From Bilabrum cf. latius (taxonomy: Eukaryota): 64,000 nt of DNA. The notes below the pieces were generated by a model. The model was given only the letters and a program-made list of their open reading frames with translations. It did no database searches and had not been told where the DNA came from. Both the position numbers and the translations under genes were made by a program. Below, in pieces: positions 37,336 through 49,409 of the stretch. The stretch spans positions 496,001-560,000 of the forward strand of contig OZ237764.1 in NCBI GenBank assembly GCA_965178125.1, read 5' to 3'. Every line of letters starts with the position of its first letter. Positions within the stretch are counted from its first letter, which is position 1.

Positions 37336-38438
37336 TCAAGGCGGGCTGGCACCAGGCGCCGCTGCCGGCTGCCCATCACCACTGCCACTGCCACTGCCAC
37401 TGCCGCCTTCTGAATCACCCGAAGAAGGCTAGCTCTCCCCCTTTCCCTCCCCATTTCCCTTGTCTTCTCCTCCGGCGACTTCGCTCGTACTGGGACTGCC
37501 ACTTGCGCTGGCGCCCGCAGGCATTTCAATGACGCTCATGCTCGGCCCCGGTGCATCGGCCGCTTCCAGGAGCACCATGGCCGCCTCCTCATGCCCGTGC
37601 TCCAGTGCGATCTCAGCGGGGGATAGCTCGGCCCCGAGCAGGCGGGGGACGCCTTCTTCCGGTTTGGCGCAGCTCGTGCTCGCACCGACCCCGAGCAGCT
37701 GCCTGATAATGCCCGTGTGACCGAACATGGCGGCGATTCCCAGGGCTGTGAAGCCGTCCCTATCCCGCGCGTCAGCAAGCTCTCTCTTTGCTTGTAAATT
37801 ATCGTCACCAATCGCAGAGAGCATCGCTTCGATTGCCTTTGCGGCGCCCTCCCTGCAGGCGTGATGCAGCGCCGTGTGACCATTGCAGTCCACCTGCCGC
37901 AGCATTGCACCGGAGTCACCGCTTGGCGCCGATGACAGCAACAATGTTATCAATTCAAACGAATTCCCTAGGGCTGCATTCATGAGCGGCGTCCGCCCGA
38001 CCTAGTTCGCTGCCATGGGGTCTGCTCCGGCGCTGATCAGCGTAAGAGTTGCGCTCGCGGCTTTGTTGCCTCGGAATGCAACGGTATGAAGCAGGGTATC
38101 TCCAGCCTGCAGTAAGGAATGGTCATACTCGTGGGGCAAAGGGGATGCTTGGCACATGTGGCACCGTACCAGGTACGACGCAACCTTCTTACATCGTTCG
38201 TGTCTTTGGCGTGCTTGTTTGCATCCTTTTCAATGGATGCAAGGCTCCCCTGCGCACCATAGCAACCTTGGCTGAAATGTAAACGGTCTAAGCACGAGTA
38301 CTGGACAATATCGTCCCTGCGGCACCAATTACTTACAGTTGCTGCTTGCTCAAAGATACTCGTTCCACCGCCTCCGCGCTAGCCAGGCATGCGCCCTCCG
38401 GCCATCCCACCTCCCATCATCATAGAAAAGAAATCCAT
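37336..38438 (-). CDS. Ankyrin-repeat protein (5' exon structure uncertain)
   Basis: AGDTLLH, N*VGRTPLMNAA (TAG 38002), NGHTALHHAC, DGFTALGIAA, SPAEIALEHGH. TAG 37429 reads on to TGA 37336-37338. GTAAG donors near 38336 and 38191. Confidence 0.75.
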
Positions 38439-38554
38439 CCTACAAAATAAGCTTTGCTTGAGTGTACAAATGCGCTTCCGAAGCTCCGCATGGGAGTAGC
38501 GTGCAAATTGAAGTAGTAGGTCGGATCGCGTTCTCGCACATACTTGACCGCACA

Positions 38555-40223
38555 ATGGCCGCAACAGAATCGAAAGCCGCACCGTTGTCCCTTGGTGTCG
38601 AATCATCAAAGCCCTTGGAAGATCAGTATCGTTCGATCGAGAATTTGTTGCTTCGGCCGTCGCCTTTTGGCAATGAGACTGGCACTCTCCCAAACGGAGA
38701 GTACGAGCCGGGCAAAGAGGTGAGACATTTCGACCACAAAGGTACCATTAGATACTATTCATAATTACCTTTCTAATGTTTGCCACATTGCACCGGAAAT
38801 CCCCGCAGACGAAAGACAGGCTCCATGATGCCAAGGTTTTGGTAGTTGGTGCAGGTGGCCTTGGCTCAGAAGTGAGACAACTGCAAGCCACGCCTCGGAT
38901 GTATTACATGATGCACAGCTGACTCAAATCATCGCGCTCCTTGCCCCCGATCTGCCCCTGCAGTTGCTGAAGGACCTGGCTCTCATGGGATTCCGGAACA
39001 TCCATGTGACGGACCTGGATACGATCGACCTGACAAACCTAAACAGGCAGTTCCTCTTCCGAATGGACGACATTGGAAAGGACAAGAGCGAGGTGGCCGC
39101 CCGATTCGTCATGAAGCGAGTCCCGGGATGCACTGTCACGGCCTACCGAAGCTTCGTTCAGGACTTTGACGACGATTTCTTCCGTAGCTGCGCCGTGGTC
39201 ATCGGTGGCCTTGATAACCTGAAGGCCCGCACGTGGATCAACGAGAAACTGTGCTCGCTCGCGATGCTAGACGACGAGGGCTTCCCCGATCCGGACACGG
39301 TGGTGCCATACATTGACGGAGGCACCGAGGGATTCAAGGGGCACTGCTGGCTCATACTGCCGAAATTCACGGCCTGCTTCGGGTGCCACCTAGACATGTT
39401 CCCTCCCGCGGTCATGTTTCAGGAATGCACGATCGCCTCGACCCCCAGGTAGCCCCAGCACTGCGTCGCGTGGGTCAAGGAGAAGCTCTGGCCCAAGGAG
39501 CGACCCGGAGTCAAAATCGACACGGACAACATCGAGCACATGCAGTGGATCCACGCCAGGTCCCTGGAGCGGGCCGAGGAATTCGGAATCGAAGGGGTTA
39601 CGTACCAGTTCACGATGGGCGCGGTGAAGAACATCATCCCTGCGATCGCGTCGACCAACGCACTCGTCAGCGGGATCCAGGCCCTGGAGGTATTCAAGCT
39701 CGTCACTTTCTGCTCCCAGTCGCTTAATACGTATTTGAACGTTACTGGCGAGTACGGGGCTACCATGATGACCCAGCAGCTGGAGAGACAGGGGCCGGGG
39801 GACTGCTCCGCCTGCCAAACCAAGGTGCACAAGCTGGCCGTGCACCCGGAGTCCACACTCGCAGGGGCCATCCGGCAGCTGGTGGAGGACCCGGAGCTGA
39901 ATATTTTGGCTCCGAGTCTCGCGAGGGAGGGCAAGGCGCTCTACTACAGCGCCCCTGCATTCATGGAGGCTGACACCCACGGCAACCTGTGCATGCCGAT
40001 GAAGGAGCTGGTGCAGGACGGGGAGAACACGTACATCACCGCCACTTGGGGCAAGGGCCCCGCGGGGGAACCGGAGAAGCTGGCAGACGCTGTGTCGATG
40101 GAGCTTAGGTTCTAGCTCGATCCCAGCGCGGCAAAGAAGCAGGAGAAAGACGTGGAGGCACCCCCTAGCAAATCGGGGGGCGGGGGTGCGGCAGGGGCCG
40201 CGGGCGGCGGGGCGGGCAAATGA
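38555..40223 (+). CDS. UBA3: NEDD8-activating enzyme E1 catalytic subunit
   Basis: Exons 38555-38719, 38809-38871, 38964-40223. [51 protein letters not shown], catalytic [12 protein letters not shown] (TAG 39450), [14 protein letters not shown] second TAG at 40113; TGA 40221-40223. Confidence 0.93.
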
Positions 40224-40564
40224 CAGTGAGTCCATTGTTGCGGTAATTGTTCAGCAATGGCAACCATCTCAGTATGTACGTATCGCGGCAGCTCAATCGA
40301 TCGATCTCGATGAAGTGCTCCACAGCCACCCCAATGCAGTGGCTGTCACTGCCATGCATGCTTCCTTCCTTTCTCCACCGCACTAGAACCGTGTTGTTTT
40401 TGTTTCTGTTCAAGTCCATTGCGCTGGCAAAGGTTACCCCCCACCCACCTGCCGCTCTCACTTAGGCTCCCTGCCCCCTCTGCTGCCATCCATCCGCCTC
40501 GTCAGCCAACACGATGGCTGGCTGTGCTTCGCTAAAGCACCACTCTCGAAGAATTCAAAACCAC

Positions 40565-41098
40565 TCAGGCAAAGTCCGTGCATCGTCCTTTGCGTTCCCA
40601 GTCGCCGAATCGGGTCGGCTCCGGCATGCTGCCTCCCTTGGTCGGTCCGCCCCACTCGCCCGTCTTGTCATCGATCATCGGGACCATGTCCTCGTCGTCC
40701 GTGTCGATGTCGTCGGTGGGACCGCACTTGGCAGTATCAATAGGATCAGCAGTAGTGTTCTTCGAAGTGGTGCTTGCCGGCGCCGCGTCTGGCGAAGCAA
40801 CAGACGCGGCGCCGGCAACTAGGTTACCATCGTCTGAATTTGCGCTATTTAAGGTATCCTCGTCTCCCTCCTCCTGCTCGGTGAGGGAGGTTGCAGACCC
40901 AGATACTAATCTGATCGATGTGCCAGTGGAGGTTGTGGTTGTCGCTTCTACGGCAGGGGGCGGTACGCCAACTGCAGGTGCCCCGACTGGAATCTGCCAC
41001 GACGATGAAGTGCCCATGACACTAGCCATCACCCGCGAATTGCGCCCCATTCCTGATCCTAACGATCTCATTGCTCTCATTGACATGCGTAACGCCAT
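40565..41098 (-). CDS. SDHAF4: Succinate dehydrogenase assembly factor 4 (Sdh8/DUF1674), mitochondrial
   Basis: Presequence-like MALRMSMRAMRSL; C-terminal TGEWGGP...EPTRFGDWERKGRCTDF; TGA 40565-40567. Confidence 0.9.
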   Translation of the reverse strand: MALRMSMRAMRSLGSGMGRNSRVMASVMGTSSSWQIPVGAPAVGVPPPAVEATTTTSTGTSIRLVSGSATSLTEQEEGDEDTLNSANSDDGNLVAGAASVASPDAAPASTTSKNTTADPIDTAKCGPTDDIDTDDEDMVPMIDDKTGEWGGPTKGGSMPEPTRFGDWERKGRCTDFA

Positions 41099-41285
41099 CT
41101 TCGAAAGCCACACACGAGGTAGTGTGCCTCCGATAGAATTTCTGACTGGTGAAAATCAAGACTTCGTTTGGAACAGCACGTTACCATTTCTGGTCCTGGT
41201 GGCGTATGCATATTTATAACAAAATCACATTTTCGCCGCGCCCAAAGAACAACATTACGCTAGCCTTCGCGCCCGGCGCTGGAAT

Positions 41286-42715
41286 TCAATCCGTCAGACC
41301 CGCAAACTGCAGGTTGTCGCGCAGCACGATCTCCCGGCACGCATCGAACACCGTCCTAACATTGTCCTTGTCCGTGGCCTCAGTGACGTGGTAGAAGACG
41401 TCCCTCTTCCGGTTGTGGTTCCTCTTGAGGAACTGCCCCACGAGGTAGTGCACCCCCGCAGCGTAGTCGCACCCGCCCCTGTAATCGTCAAACATGTAGA
41501 TGCCGGGCTCCACCTCCTGCCTGATATCCTTGTGGACGATCTTCTCCTGGAAAATGTCCCTCTTGTTGAGGAACAAGATGAACGACTTCCTCTCGAACCA
41601 GCGGGAATTCACGATCTCCTCGAACAGCTCCAGGGCGTCCATGAGCCTGTTCTGGCTCCCGTCCTCGTACATCATCTGGTCATACTCGCTGATCGCTGCC
41701 ACAAATATGACCGCGGTGACTTCGTCGAAGCAGTGGATCCATTTCCTCCTCTCGTTCCGCTGCCCCCCTACATCGTACATCTCGAACCGCACCGCCTCCC
41801 CCTCCTCCCCCTTGATCTCGAACTCCTCCACGACGATCCCGCTCGTCTTGACCCGCATCTTGATGATATCTTTCTCGGAGGGAATGTAGTCCTCCTTGAT
41901 CACATCCCTCACCCGGCCTATGAAGTACTCGGCAGAGTCGGGTATCTGATACAAGTTCCGCTGCTCGTACGCGGCCTGGATACCCGGATCCGCCCACAGT
42001 CGCTCCACTACGCTGGCAAGCTCAGAATCTACCCTAGTTTCGTCCGAGATGAGCTCCAGAACCATGCTCGCCTCGTCCTTTGCCGCTATTTCCTGCTCCT
42101 CGTCCTCTGCCGCTTCCACGAGCGCCTGCAGGGCGTTCAGTATGTTCGCGTGGATCACTCCTATCTTTTCTCTTCGCTGCTCTCTGCTAAAGCCTTTGCC
42201 ATGCAATATTCGCATCTGTTTGAACACGGTTGACTTTCCCGATTCCCCAGCGCCCTGCGAAATAAGGTGATGCACCAGCAACCGCAGCAACCGTGTGCAA
42301 AGGCTCATAATCCGAGGCATTCCCACACGTCATGGTTTGCTTAACAGCAATGTTCTTAGTTTTGAACATAGTACTGGGATCAGCAGCAACCCGAACAGCA
42401 GTGACAGGGAGGAAGAGCGTCAGCACCACGCCCCTACGTGGTGTGCTGCTATGCACTGGCCTCCTCGACAACAGAGTGTGCACGTCGCGTGGAATACTAC
42501 TTTGGTGCAACACAATCAATAGGACGTCCAAGAACCATGCTATGCTGATCGTTAGACTAGCCAGAGAGCAGTGCAAAAATTCGCGAACTTACGAGCAACA
42601 AAAGCTTGATCTTGGAGCTTTCAACCTCCTAATCGTGCCTGTTTTTCTATTCTATTTCAGCATCTTGCTATTCAATCGCAATCTGCTCTGCCGATTTCGC
42701 AACACATAGTCCCAT
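41286..42715 (-). CDS. Heterotrimeric G-protein alpha subunit
   Basis: Exon 1 42593-42715 reads MGLCVAKSAEQIAIE*QDAEIE*KNRHD*EVESSKIKLLLL (TAG 42668, 42647, 42629); intron 42255-42592 (GTAAGT...CAG). Exon 2 has GAGESGKS, RVKTSG, DVGGQRNERRKWIHCF, FLNKRD, TEATD; TGA 41286-41288. Confidence 0.96.
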
Positions 42716-42799
42716 CGAACACCTTGCCGCGTACACTGCCGACGCGACCCAAAATGCAGAACGGATTCGTTGTGAATCTGCACGCAACAAATAGCGAAA

Positions 42800-43720
42800 A
42801 TGAGCAATAATCTCCTGGTGGGGGAGATGGACCCTTTATGGGCCCTAGCCTTAGCACATAGTGCTTTGGCTATATTCTTCCTTCCTATGGGATGGGAGAA
42901 GCCGACGCCTGGATTGGCATTGTCGGCTGCACCGGGTTCGGTGCCTGTGCTGGTTGAGCAGCACAGCCCTGTTCAGGCGTCCTGGAGTGTCGTCTGCGCA
43001 GCGGAAGAAGAGCTAAATAGCTCTCGATTCCACTCGAGATCCCTGTGGGGGCTGCGAAGTGGTTATGGCCCGTTCGCCGATGTGCGCGGGAAGGTCTACG
43101 ACCAAACGGTCGGGAAGGTGTTTACCGCCTCCGACGCCCGTACTGTCATTTCAGCACGGGATTTCTTCCCTTGTGGAGAAAATGGGTTCTTTGAAGCCCT
43201 AGTCTTAGCATCTAATGCTTTGGCGCCGGTCTACCTGCCGGAGAGCAGGGCGATTGGTTTCTGCACCGTTGGTGCCACCTATTCCGACGCCCGTACTGTC
43301 ATTTCAGCACGGGATTTCTCCCCTTGTGGAGAAAATGGGTTCTTTGAAGCCCTAGTCTTAGCATCTAATGCTTTGGCGCCGGTCTACCTGCCGGAGAGCA
43401 GGGCGATTGGTTTCTGCACCGTTGGTGCCACCTATATCAGCCGGGCCCGGGGACACCGAGCTCGGGAAGACTCCCAGGAGGGGGAGCCTCGGAACTATTC
43501 ACATATTTACGCTGACAGTTCCAGAGACGAGCATGATTGTGTGCGTGCTCGACCCTCAGAGGGATCGCGAGTCCGGACGATCCTGGAAGTGACGTCGGAG
43601 GCTGGAGGGGCACTCCGTGGTGGGTCTGGACCGCGCATAATGCCGGGTCCACGCAGTATGCCTGTGTGTCTACGGATATCCGAAATAAAGGCTCCGGGAC
43701 TGCTGCGAAGGAGGGCTTGA
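42800..43720 (+). other. Doubtful 306-codon ORF spanning a tandem duplication; no recognisable domain
   Basis: The open frame exists, but codon usage is unlike neighbouring genes and about one sixth of its length is the extra repeat unit. Confidence 0.2.
43130..43435. repeat. 153-bp tandem duplication (43130-43282, 43283-43435)
   Basis: The two units are identical except for one substitution I could find (ttcttccc vs ttctcccc). Confidence 0.95.
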
Positions 43721-43940
43721 AGGCGACAAAGGGAGGTCCCAACATCAGGGCCGGTACATGGGGGGCCTTTGGTCTGAAAGGGTCGGGGGTCTTGTAGTCC
43801 TCTTATGAGGGCTCCTACCGCTGCAGGTGATCACCTGAGATATGGTGCATCCGTGGCGGGTTCGGTAACTTAACCCAACAATGTATTTCTGTATTTCTGT
43901 ATTTCTGAGCAAAGTGCAACTCGTCAATTGCTGCCATCAA

Positions 43941-46544
43941 ATGAAAACTAGGCATCTAGCAGCCTGCATACCAGCGCTATTGCAAGTGTGTATGGCCTAT
44001 GAATTTAAGTGGGTCGGACTCGATGCGGGAGGCTGGGTGACAGGCATGGCAGTGCACGATGCATCAAAGACGGTGTACGCGCGCACAGATGGTGAGTAGT
44101 AGCCATGTGCTAGCTGATATCGTATGATCCGGCCCGTGTGGCATACATCATTATATTTGAATGCACTTCCTGCGTTGATTGCAGTCGGTGGGGCGTACAC
44201 GTCCAGCGACGGCGGCCGCAGCTGGGACTGGATATCCGGCAGCATGCCAGGGACGACCACCTGGAACACGCAGTGCCTGGCCCCCGATCCATCGGATCCC
44301 ACAGGCCAGACAATCATTATTGGTCATGGCAGTCCCAGCGACAACAGCACCACCCGCCCATGGGACCAGCAGGGCATCTCCCGCACCACGGACGGAGGCA
44401 AGACCTGGGAGCTGGTTCTGCCCGGAGTCATTTTCGATGGGAACGCCGACTGGAGGCAGGGAGGAGAATGCATCGCATTTGACCCTTCCAACCCCAGCAC
44501 AGTGTGGGCAGGCACGATGTTCGGCCTATGGAAGTCGGACAAGGCCGGCGCGCCGGGCAGCTGGACCTCGGTGGATTCCTTCAACAACAACCCATCAGTG
44601 TTCAACCGGACCACAGGAGGGCTGGCCGGCATCTCCTTCCGGGGTACCCTGGAGCAGCCCCACCTGGGAGCGCTCTCGTCACACGAGGCAGAGCAGAAGC
44701 TCCTGAGCCGGGGCGGTGTCCCCTTTGGATCGCCCTCACAGGAGGTTTGGGTGGTGGGGCCCGGCACGGTGGCGATCTCGCTCAACGGAGGCAGCACCTG
44801 GAAATCAGCCTCGGAATTCGGCAACGCGTCTGCGTTGAACATCGTGGGCGGGCTAAGGTCCCGGCGCTGTCTCAACGGCACCACTTTCGTCTCGGTGGAA
44901 GTATCTTCGTCCGAGTCTGTATCTGATTTAGCGGGCAGCACGGGAGGCATCAAGGGCAGGAGCCTTCCTGACGTGCTTGTGCGGGTGGATGCGACCGACT
45001 GGCAAGACCCCGGCACGTACACCTGGACGCAGATCAGCGACATACCCAACACCAAGAGGGACGGGAGCCGAGGCCTGCCCAAAGGGGCGGGCAGCGTGGA
45101 CCTAGTCGAGGTAATGTACGGGGAAAGCACGCTCGTATCTGCGTACGCCGACGGGTCGTTCGGGGTGTCGCTGGATGGCGGTCGAACGTTCGCCATGAAG
45201 AATCGAACCCAGCTGATGGGCCCGGGACAGGCGCCCCGTTGGTTCCCCACAGACCCCTCCGTCAGAGACACGATCGCCTTTGGTAACGGACGGCTGGTGA
45301 TCGATCCCACCGATTCGAGCGGGAAGCGATGGGTGATGGGGACGGGGTTCTATCCCGCAAGCACGACCGACCAGGGCGACAACTGGGTGGCCAATGTGGA
45401 GGGCTTCGGGGAAGTGGTGACCTACCGCGCCCAGCAGCACCCGTACGCCGAGGGAAGAACGTTCGTGGGTGTGATGGACCTCGCCGCATTCGTGATCGAT
45501 GGTAGGCAGGGCAAGGACGAGGTCGAGTGGGCCATGATGGCGCATGAACCCAAGGTGACGCCCTACAACCAGTCGTGGTTCGTGATCGACTACTGCCACC
45601 AGGCGGCCTTCTTCCCACCGGCCGCGCACTCGTCACACAATCTCTCCGACGCCCCATTGGGTGTGATGAAGATGGCCTGCAACAAGCAGGGCGCGGGAGA
45701 AGGCCAGTGGATGGAGTCCACGGACGGGGGCATGACTTGGACGCTGACTCTATCCGCTGACATGAGGGGCATCGGCCAGGACGTGCCTCTTGTTGACTTG
45801 CTGCAGTCCCCCGATGACCCCAACGACATCCTGCTGGCCACCGGCTGGGGCTGGTACAACAACGCCAGCAAGTCAGAGGGCATATGGCGGTCGCTGGATG
45901 GTGGCCTATCATGGATCAAGGCCAAGAAGGAGCCAAAAACCGGGTTCATCGGAAGCTTTTATAAGCCCCAAGGGCACATCAAGGCAGACACTGTCAACAA
46001 CGACACCCGCTATTGGCAGCTGGACAATGCTGGCATCTTCAAGAGTCTGGACCGTGGTGACACGTGGGACGAGTGCAAGTCCCAGCCGTTCAACGATGGT
46101 GTGCTCAACAACGGGCTCGCCGTGGTGAAAGATTCCACCGGTGGATACGGGGGCAAGCCGGGCCAGTCGGTGGTGCTGTCGGCAGGGCAATCGAGGGTGC
46201 TGGGCGAGGGCTTGCAGGTGTCATACGACGGCTGCGACACCTGGCATGCACTGCCGGGGAGCGGGAATTTCACCTGGAAGTACCCCATGGGGAGCAGCGA
46301 TGGGCCCCTGCTTGACGCGCACGAAAGCGGCGTGATCGTGACGACTATGGGGCGGGGTGCAAACTACCCTGACACATTCTCCGTGTGGGCCAGCAGCGAC
46401 TTCGGGCAGACCTGGACGGATGTGGCAGACGTAACGAAAGGACAAAGCGTGCGCGCTTCGGGCCTGTACATCGACAGGTGGGACCCGAAGCGCATCTTCA
46501 TCTCAACGGGCGGTCGGAGTCTTGCCATTGTCACGCTAGAGTGA
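43941..46544 (+). CDS. Secreted GH74 (xyloglucanase-like) double beta-propeller / BNR-repeat glycoside hydrolase
   Basis: Signal peptide, then GGWVTG...VYARTD|VGGAY (intron 44092-44184), matching the GH74 YARTDIGGAY catalytic motif. Second Asp candidate in FVGVMDLAAF. Repeated S/T-x-D-x-G-x-T/S-W Asp-boxes; TGA 46542-46544. Confidence 0.8.
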
Positions 46545-46585
46545 TTCAAAGCATGCGGAGACAACGGTGGGAGCAGTGTCCCCAT

Positions 46586-48240
46586 CAGGGCTGCGCGTTA
46601 TTAAGGGCTCCTTAATGACGTGGATTTTCACCCGCGGAGGCCTTAATAACGGAAGTCACTTTGTCGCCTCAACACCCCATAACAATGGGCAAAAATACTA
46701 AATATAGTTTAAATACTTAATATTTTATTCGTATGGGCAGATTTATTATCGATGTTGGTATTATTGAGCCAGTATGAGCGTGCTACAATTCAATCCTTCA
46801 ACGTCCAACCCACGCAGGTCGGCATTAGGCCAAGAAAAGGCAGACAACGCCGCCAAAGTCTAGCACGCATAGCATGGTCGAATAATGCCTACTCAGAATA
46901 GCCTGCTGGTATTCGTAAATTTCACCAGGCTAAGAGTGCAGCTGAGCTACTGCTGAAGCTAGGTGCAGGGCTCCTTTTGGGTGCAAGACTGTGTGGCCCG
47001 ACCGGACATTACTCTAATGTACTCCACATTGTTACTGGTATTGATACAATATCCGGTGCGAAGGAGCTTGAGGCGCGATTAATGCGTCTGCTGGTGCAGC
47101 ACGACGATCCGGGATCTGCACACCCTTGTACCTGGGCTCCCTAACACCTTCTCAGAGAGCCCGAAGCAAAGGCTATGGCGTCTTGCTGGCGGACTCAGCG
47201 TGCTAGAACTATACAGGCGTAGGAAACGAAGGGAAAGCACGCCATATCCGCGATACTGAAGATGAATTTGGATGCATTATCGTTGGCTGTTCGGGCTCCT
47301 CGGGTCTTGGGCAAGGCATGGCTCGAGAAGAACAAGTGGTGGATGCTGCCAAGCACCGCCGTTGGCTTTGCGTTCATCACTGCTGAGGATGGGCTGGTGC
47401 TGATGGATTCGTACGAAGCTTAGGCATACCACAAGCGTGAGCTTCTCCGACCGAAGCAGACGCAATAGCATCTGTTGGGTAGGCAGGCCGCAATGACGCC
47501 CTTAACAAGGATCTCGCACCAGGAATAACCATCGGACAGGCTGCAGATGACGGTAAATGTTTGTTCAACTCGCTTGTGCAGCTGCTTCCTAAGGGCCCGA
47601 CCACCTCATAGCCTTGTAGGTTGCGCAAGGCCATCGTTGACGAGGTCGAAAAGGGCATGGGCGACTTCGTCAGGGGAGGCTCGACAGTTCTTGAGAAGAT
47701 GATGCAGACACCTGACGGCACGGAAAAGATGCTGATCTTGTAGTAGTACGTGAACATGCGCAAGGACGGTGTGAGGGGTGGTCAAATCGAAGAAATGGCT
47801 GCAGCGAGGGCGCTATCGTGGTCTGTACCCTTGGGCCTGATGCGTACTTCTACTCGGTGCATGTCCCCTCCTCATCCCGTCAAGTGGTCGCCATACACTT
47901 GATGGGCTCCCACTACAGCCCGTGCCATGCAAGCCATGTGGTTCTGCGAGCCTTGGTCGTCGAGCACGAGTGAAGGGTGTCATGGCTTCTTGTGGCTATC
48001 CGGCAAGCGTCACAGCCTGGATAACTACCAGAATGTATTGCTTTGTAGTATACTAAGATGTTGTTTATAGTATGTGGCATATATATCATGCATAACTCCC
48101 AATGTAAGGACTAAATGAAGAAGATCCAATGACCCGATCTTAATAACGTGGATTATTTTGAAAATCCTGTTAATCACCGGCTTAATCACGGATCTTGGGT
48201 CCCGGTATTAAGGTTTTGGCCTTAATAACGCACAGCCCTG
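46586..48240. mobile_element. Non-autonomous hAT-like DNA transposon (1,655 bp) with decayed OTU-like coding remnant
   Basis: 21-bp TIRs CAGGGCTG(C/T)GCGTTATTAAGG (46586-46606, 48220-48240). Perfect 8-bp TSD GTCCCCAT (46578-46585, 48241-48248). Subterminal CTTAAT(A/G/C)ACG repeats. A single GTCCCCAT marks the empty paralogous site at 53280-53287. Confidence 0.92.
47500..47925 (+). pseudogene. Degenerate OTU-like cysteine protease domain inside the transposon
   Basis: ADDGKCLFNSL (Cys codon 47558), **YVNMRKDGVRGGQIEEMAAA, then after a frameshift near 47812 IVVC...IHLMGSHYSP (His codon 47911). These match the OTU DGNCLF / WGG-E / HY motifs. Confidence 0.65.
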
Positions 48241-48315
48241 GTCCCCATCCGTGGATCTTGGATGCTTGCAGGGATGTGACGTGAATCCATGACTTATTGT
48301 GCCATCCAAAATCTT

Positions 48316-49409
48316 CAGACCTGTCGAAAGTTGCGGCTCAAAAAGGTAAGTAAGGCCCAAATAAGTACCTCTGCCAAAAATAAGTACCCCCACCAAGAAA
48401 AAGCCGATTGGATTATATGCTGTAAAAATGGTAAAATAGCCTCTAGAAGCGTGCGGGATGCCGCAGCACCGCAGTCCGGTCACCTGAGCACCACAGCACG
48501 GCCTACAGCGTACCAGGGCTGACCCACACAGGCAACCCCTTTCGCGCTGGCCTTCGCTAAGACATGCGCCCAACTTGAACTACGACGCTTGCTAGCATTC
48601 TACCGTTGGGACGAAGGCGCCTGCAAGCACGAGATCACCGCAAAGCGACCTCATTTGACTCGCTGGAAATCAGAGACAGGGTCACTCCTCGCCCCCACCT
48701 CCCCCACTAGGCGCCTCCGTACCATCTACTGCAGCCCCAGCAGCTTGCTGACCATCGACTCCGCCTCCAGCATGGGCAGCATCCAACAGGTCGTTATCGC
48801 CCTCCTCCTCGTACTCGATGTCCTTGAGTCCGAGATGGGTGCAGTTCTCGGTGGTGTCGTCCAAGACCGCTCTGACCGAAGCTTGCACCTCCTTCACCCT
48901 CTCATCAGGGAAAAGGCCACCGCACCGGCCCAGCCACGCAGGAAGCCACTGGTCGAGGTACGTCTGATGGTTGTCTCGGATCAGAAGGACCAACTGCACG
49001 GTGTCGATCGTCCTGCTGCTCTGCCGACGGTCGCTACAGGCGGCAGCGGTTGCGGAGGACCTCGGCCATGTCCAGGAGGAGGCACTATTCGGCGGTCACC
49101 TTGAGTTTTTTACTCGACTTGTTTGCCTTCAAATAGCGGGTGATCTTCTTTTTCCCGTCGCGCTAGGCCGCGGGAGGGCGCCTCTCTCGGTTGATCGCCT
49201 CTGCGCCGGAAAATGAAAGCGCGGTCGTCCTCTCATGAATCTATAAAATAAAGAGGAAACACCACCAATCGACTAAGTTACTTATTTTCTATCTTACTGC
49301 GGCTTTTGGTACTCCCCGGCATGCGTTTTATGCAAGATATGTGGCTTGCCTGGACTTACTTTCGCCCCGAAAAAGCAAGTCATGAAGATAAGTACCTTCG
49401 ACAGGTCTG
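48316..49409. mobile_element. Second TIR element (~1.1 kb), probably an older hAT derivative
   Basis: Inverted ends CAGACCTGTCGAA (48316-48328) and TTCGACAGGTCTG (49397-49409); subterminal TAAGTACC-like repeats. Absent from the paralogous site ~53317-53332 (tgtgcca|cttgactgga). No clean TSD. Minus-strand remnants VLRNRCRL / TIDTVQLVLLIRDN resemble a hAT dimerisation-domain end. Confidence 0.7.

Noticed and set aside
36771-39452. TAG restored by A-to-I editing (Trp), or decoded as pyrrolysine or Leu
   Set aside because: The TAG positions are not Trp columns, and paralogs show CAG. Pirin HPHRGQ and UBA3 PRQPQHC variants fit Gln from my recollection of homologs. Pyrrolysine is unknown in eukaryotes. 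Leu fits UBA3 alone but not the paralog pairs.
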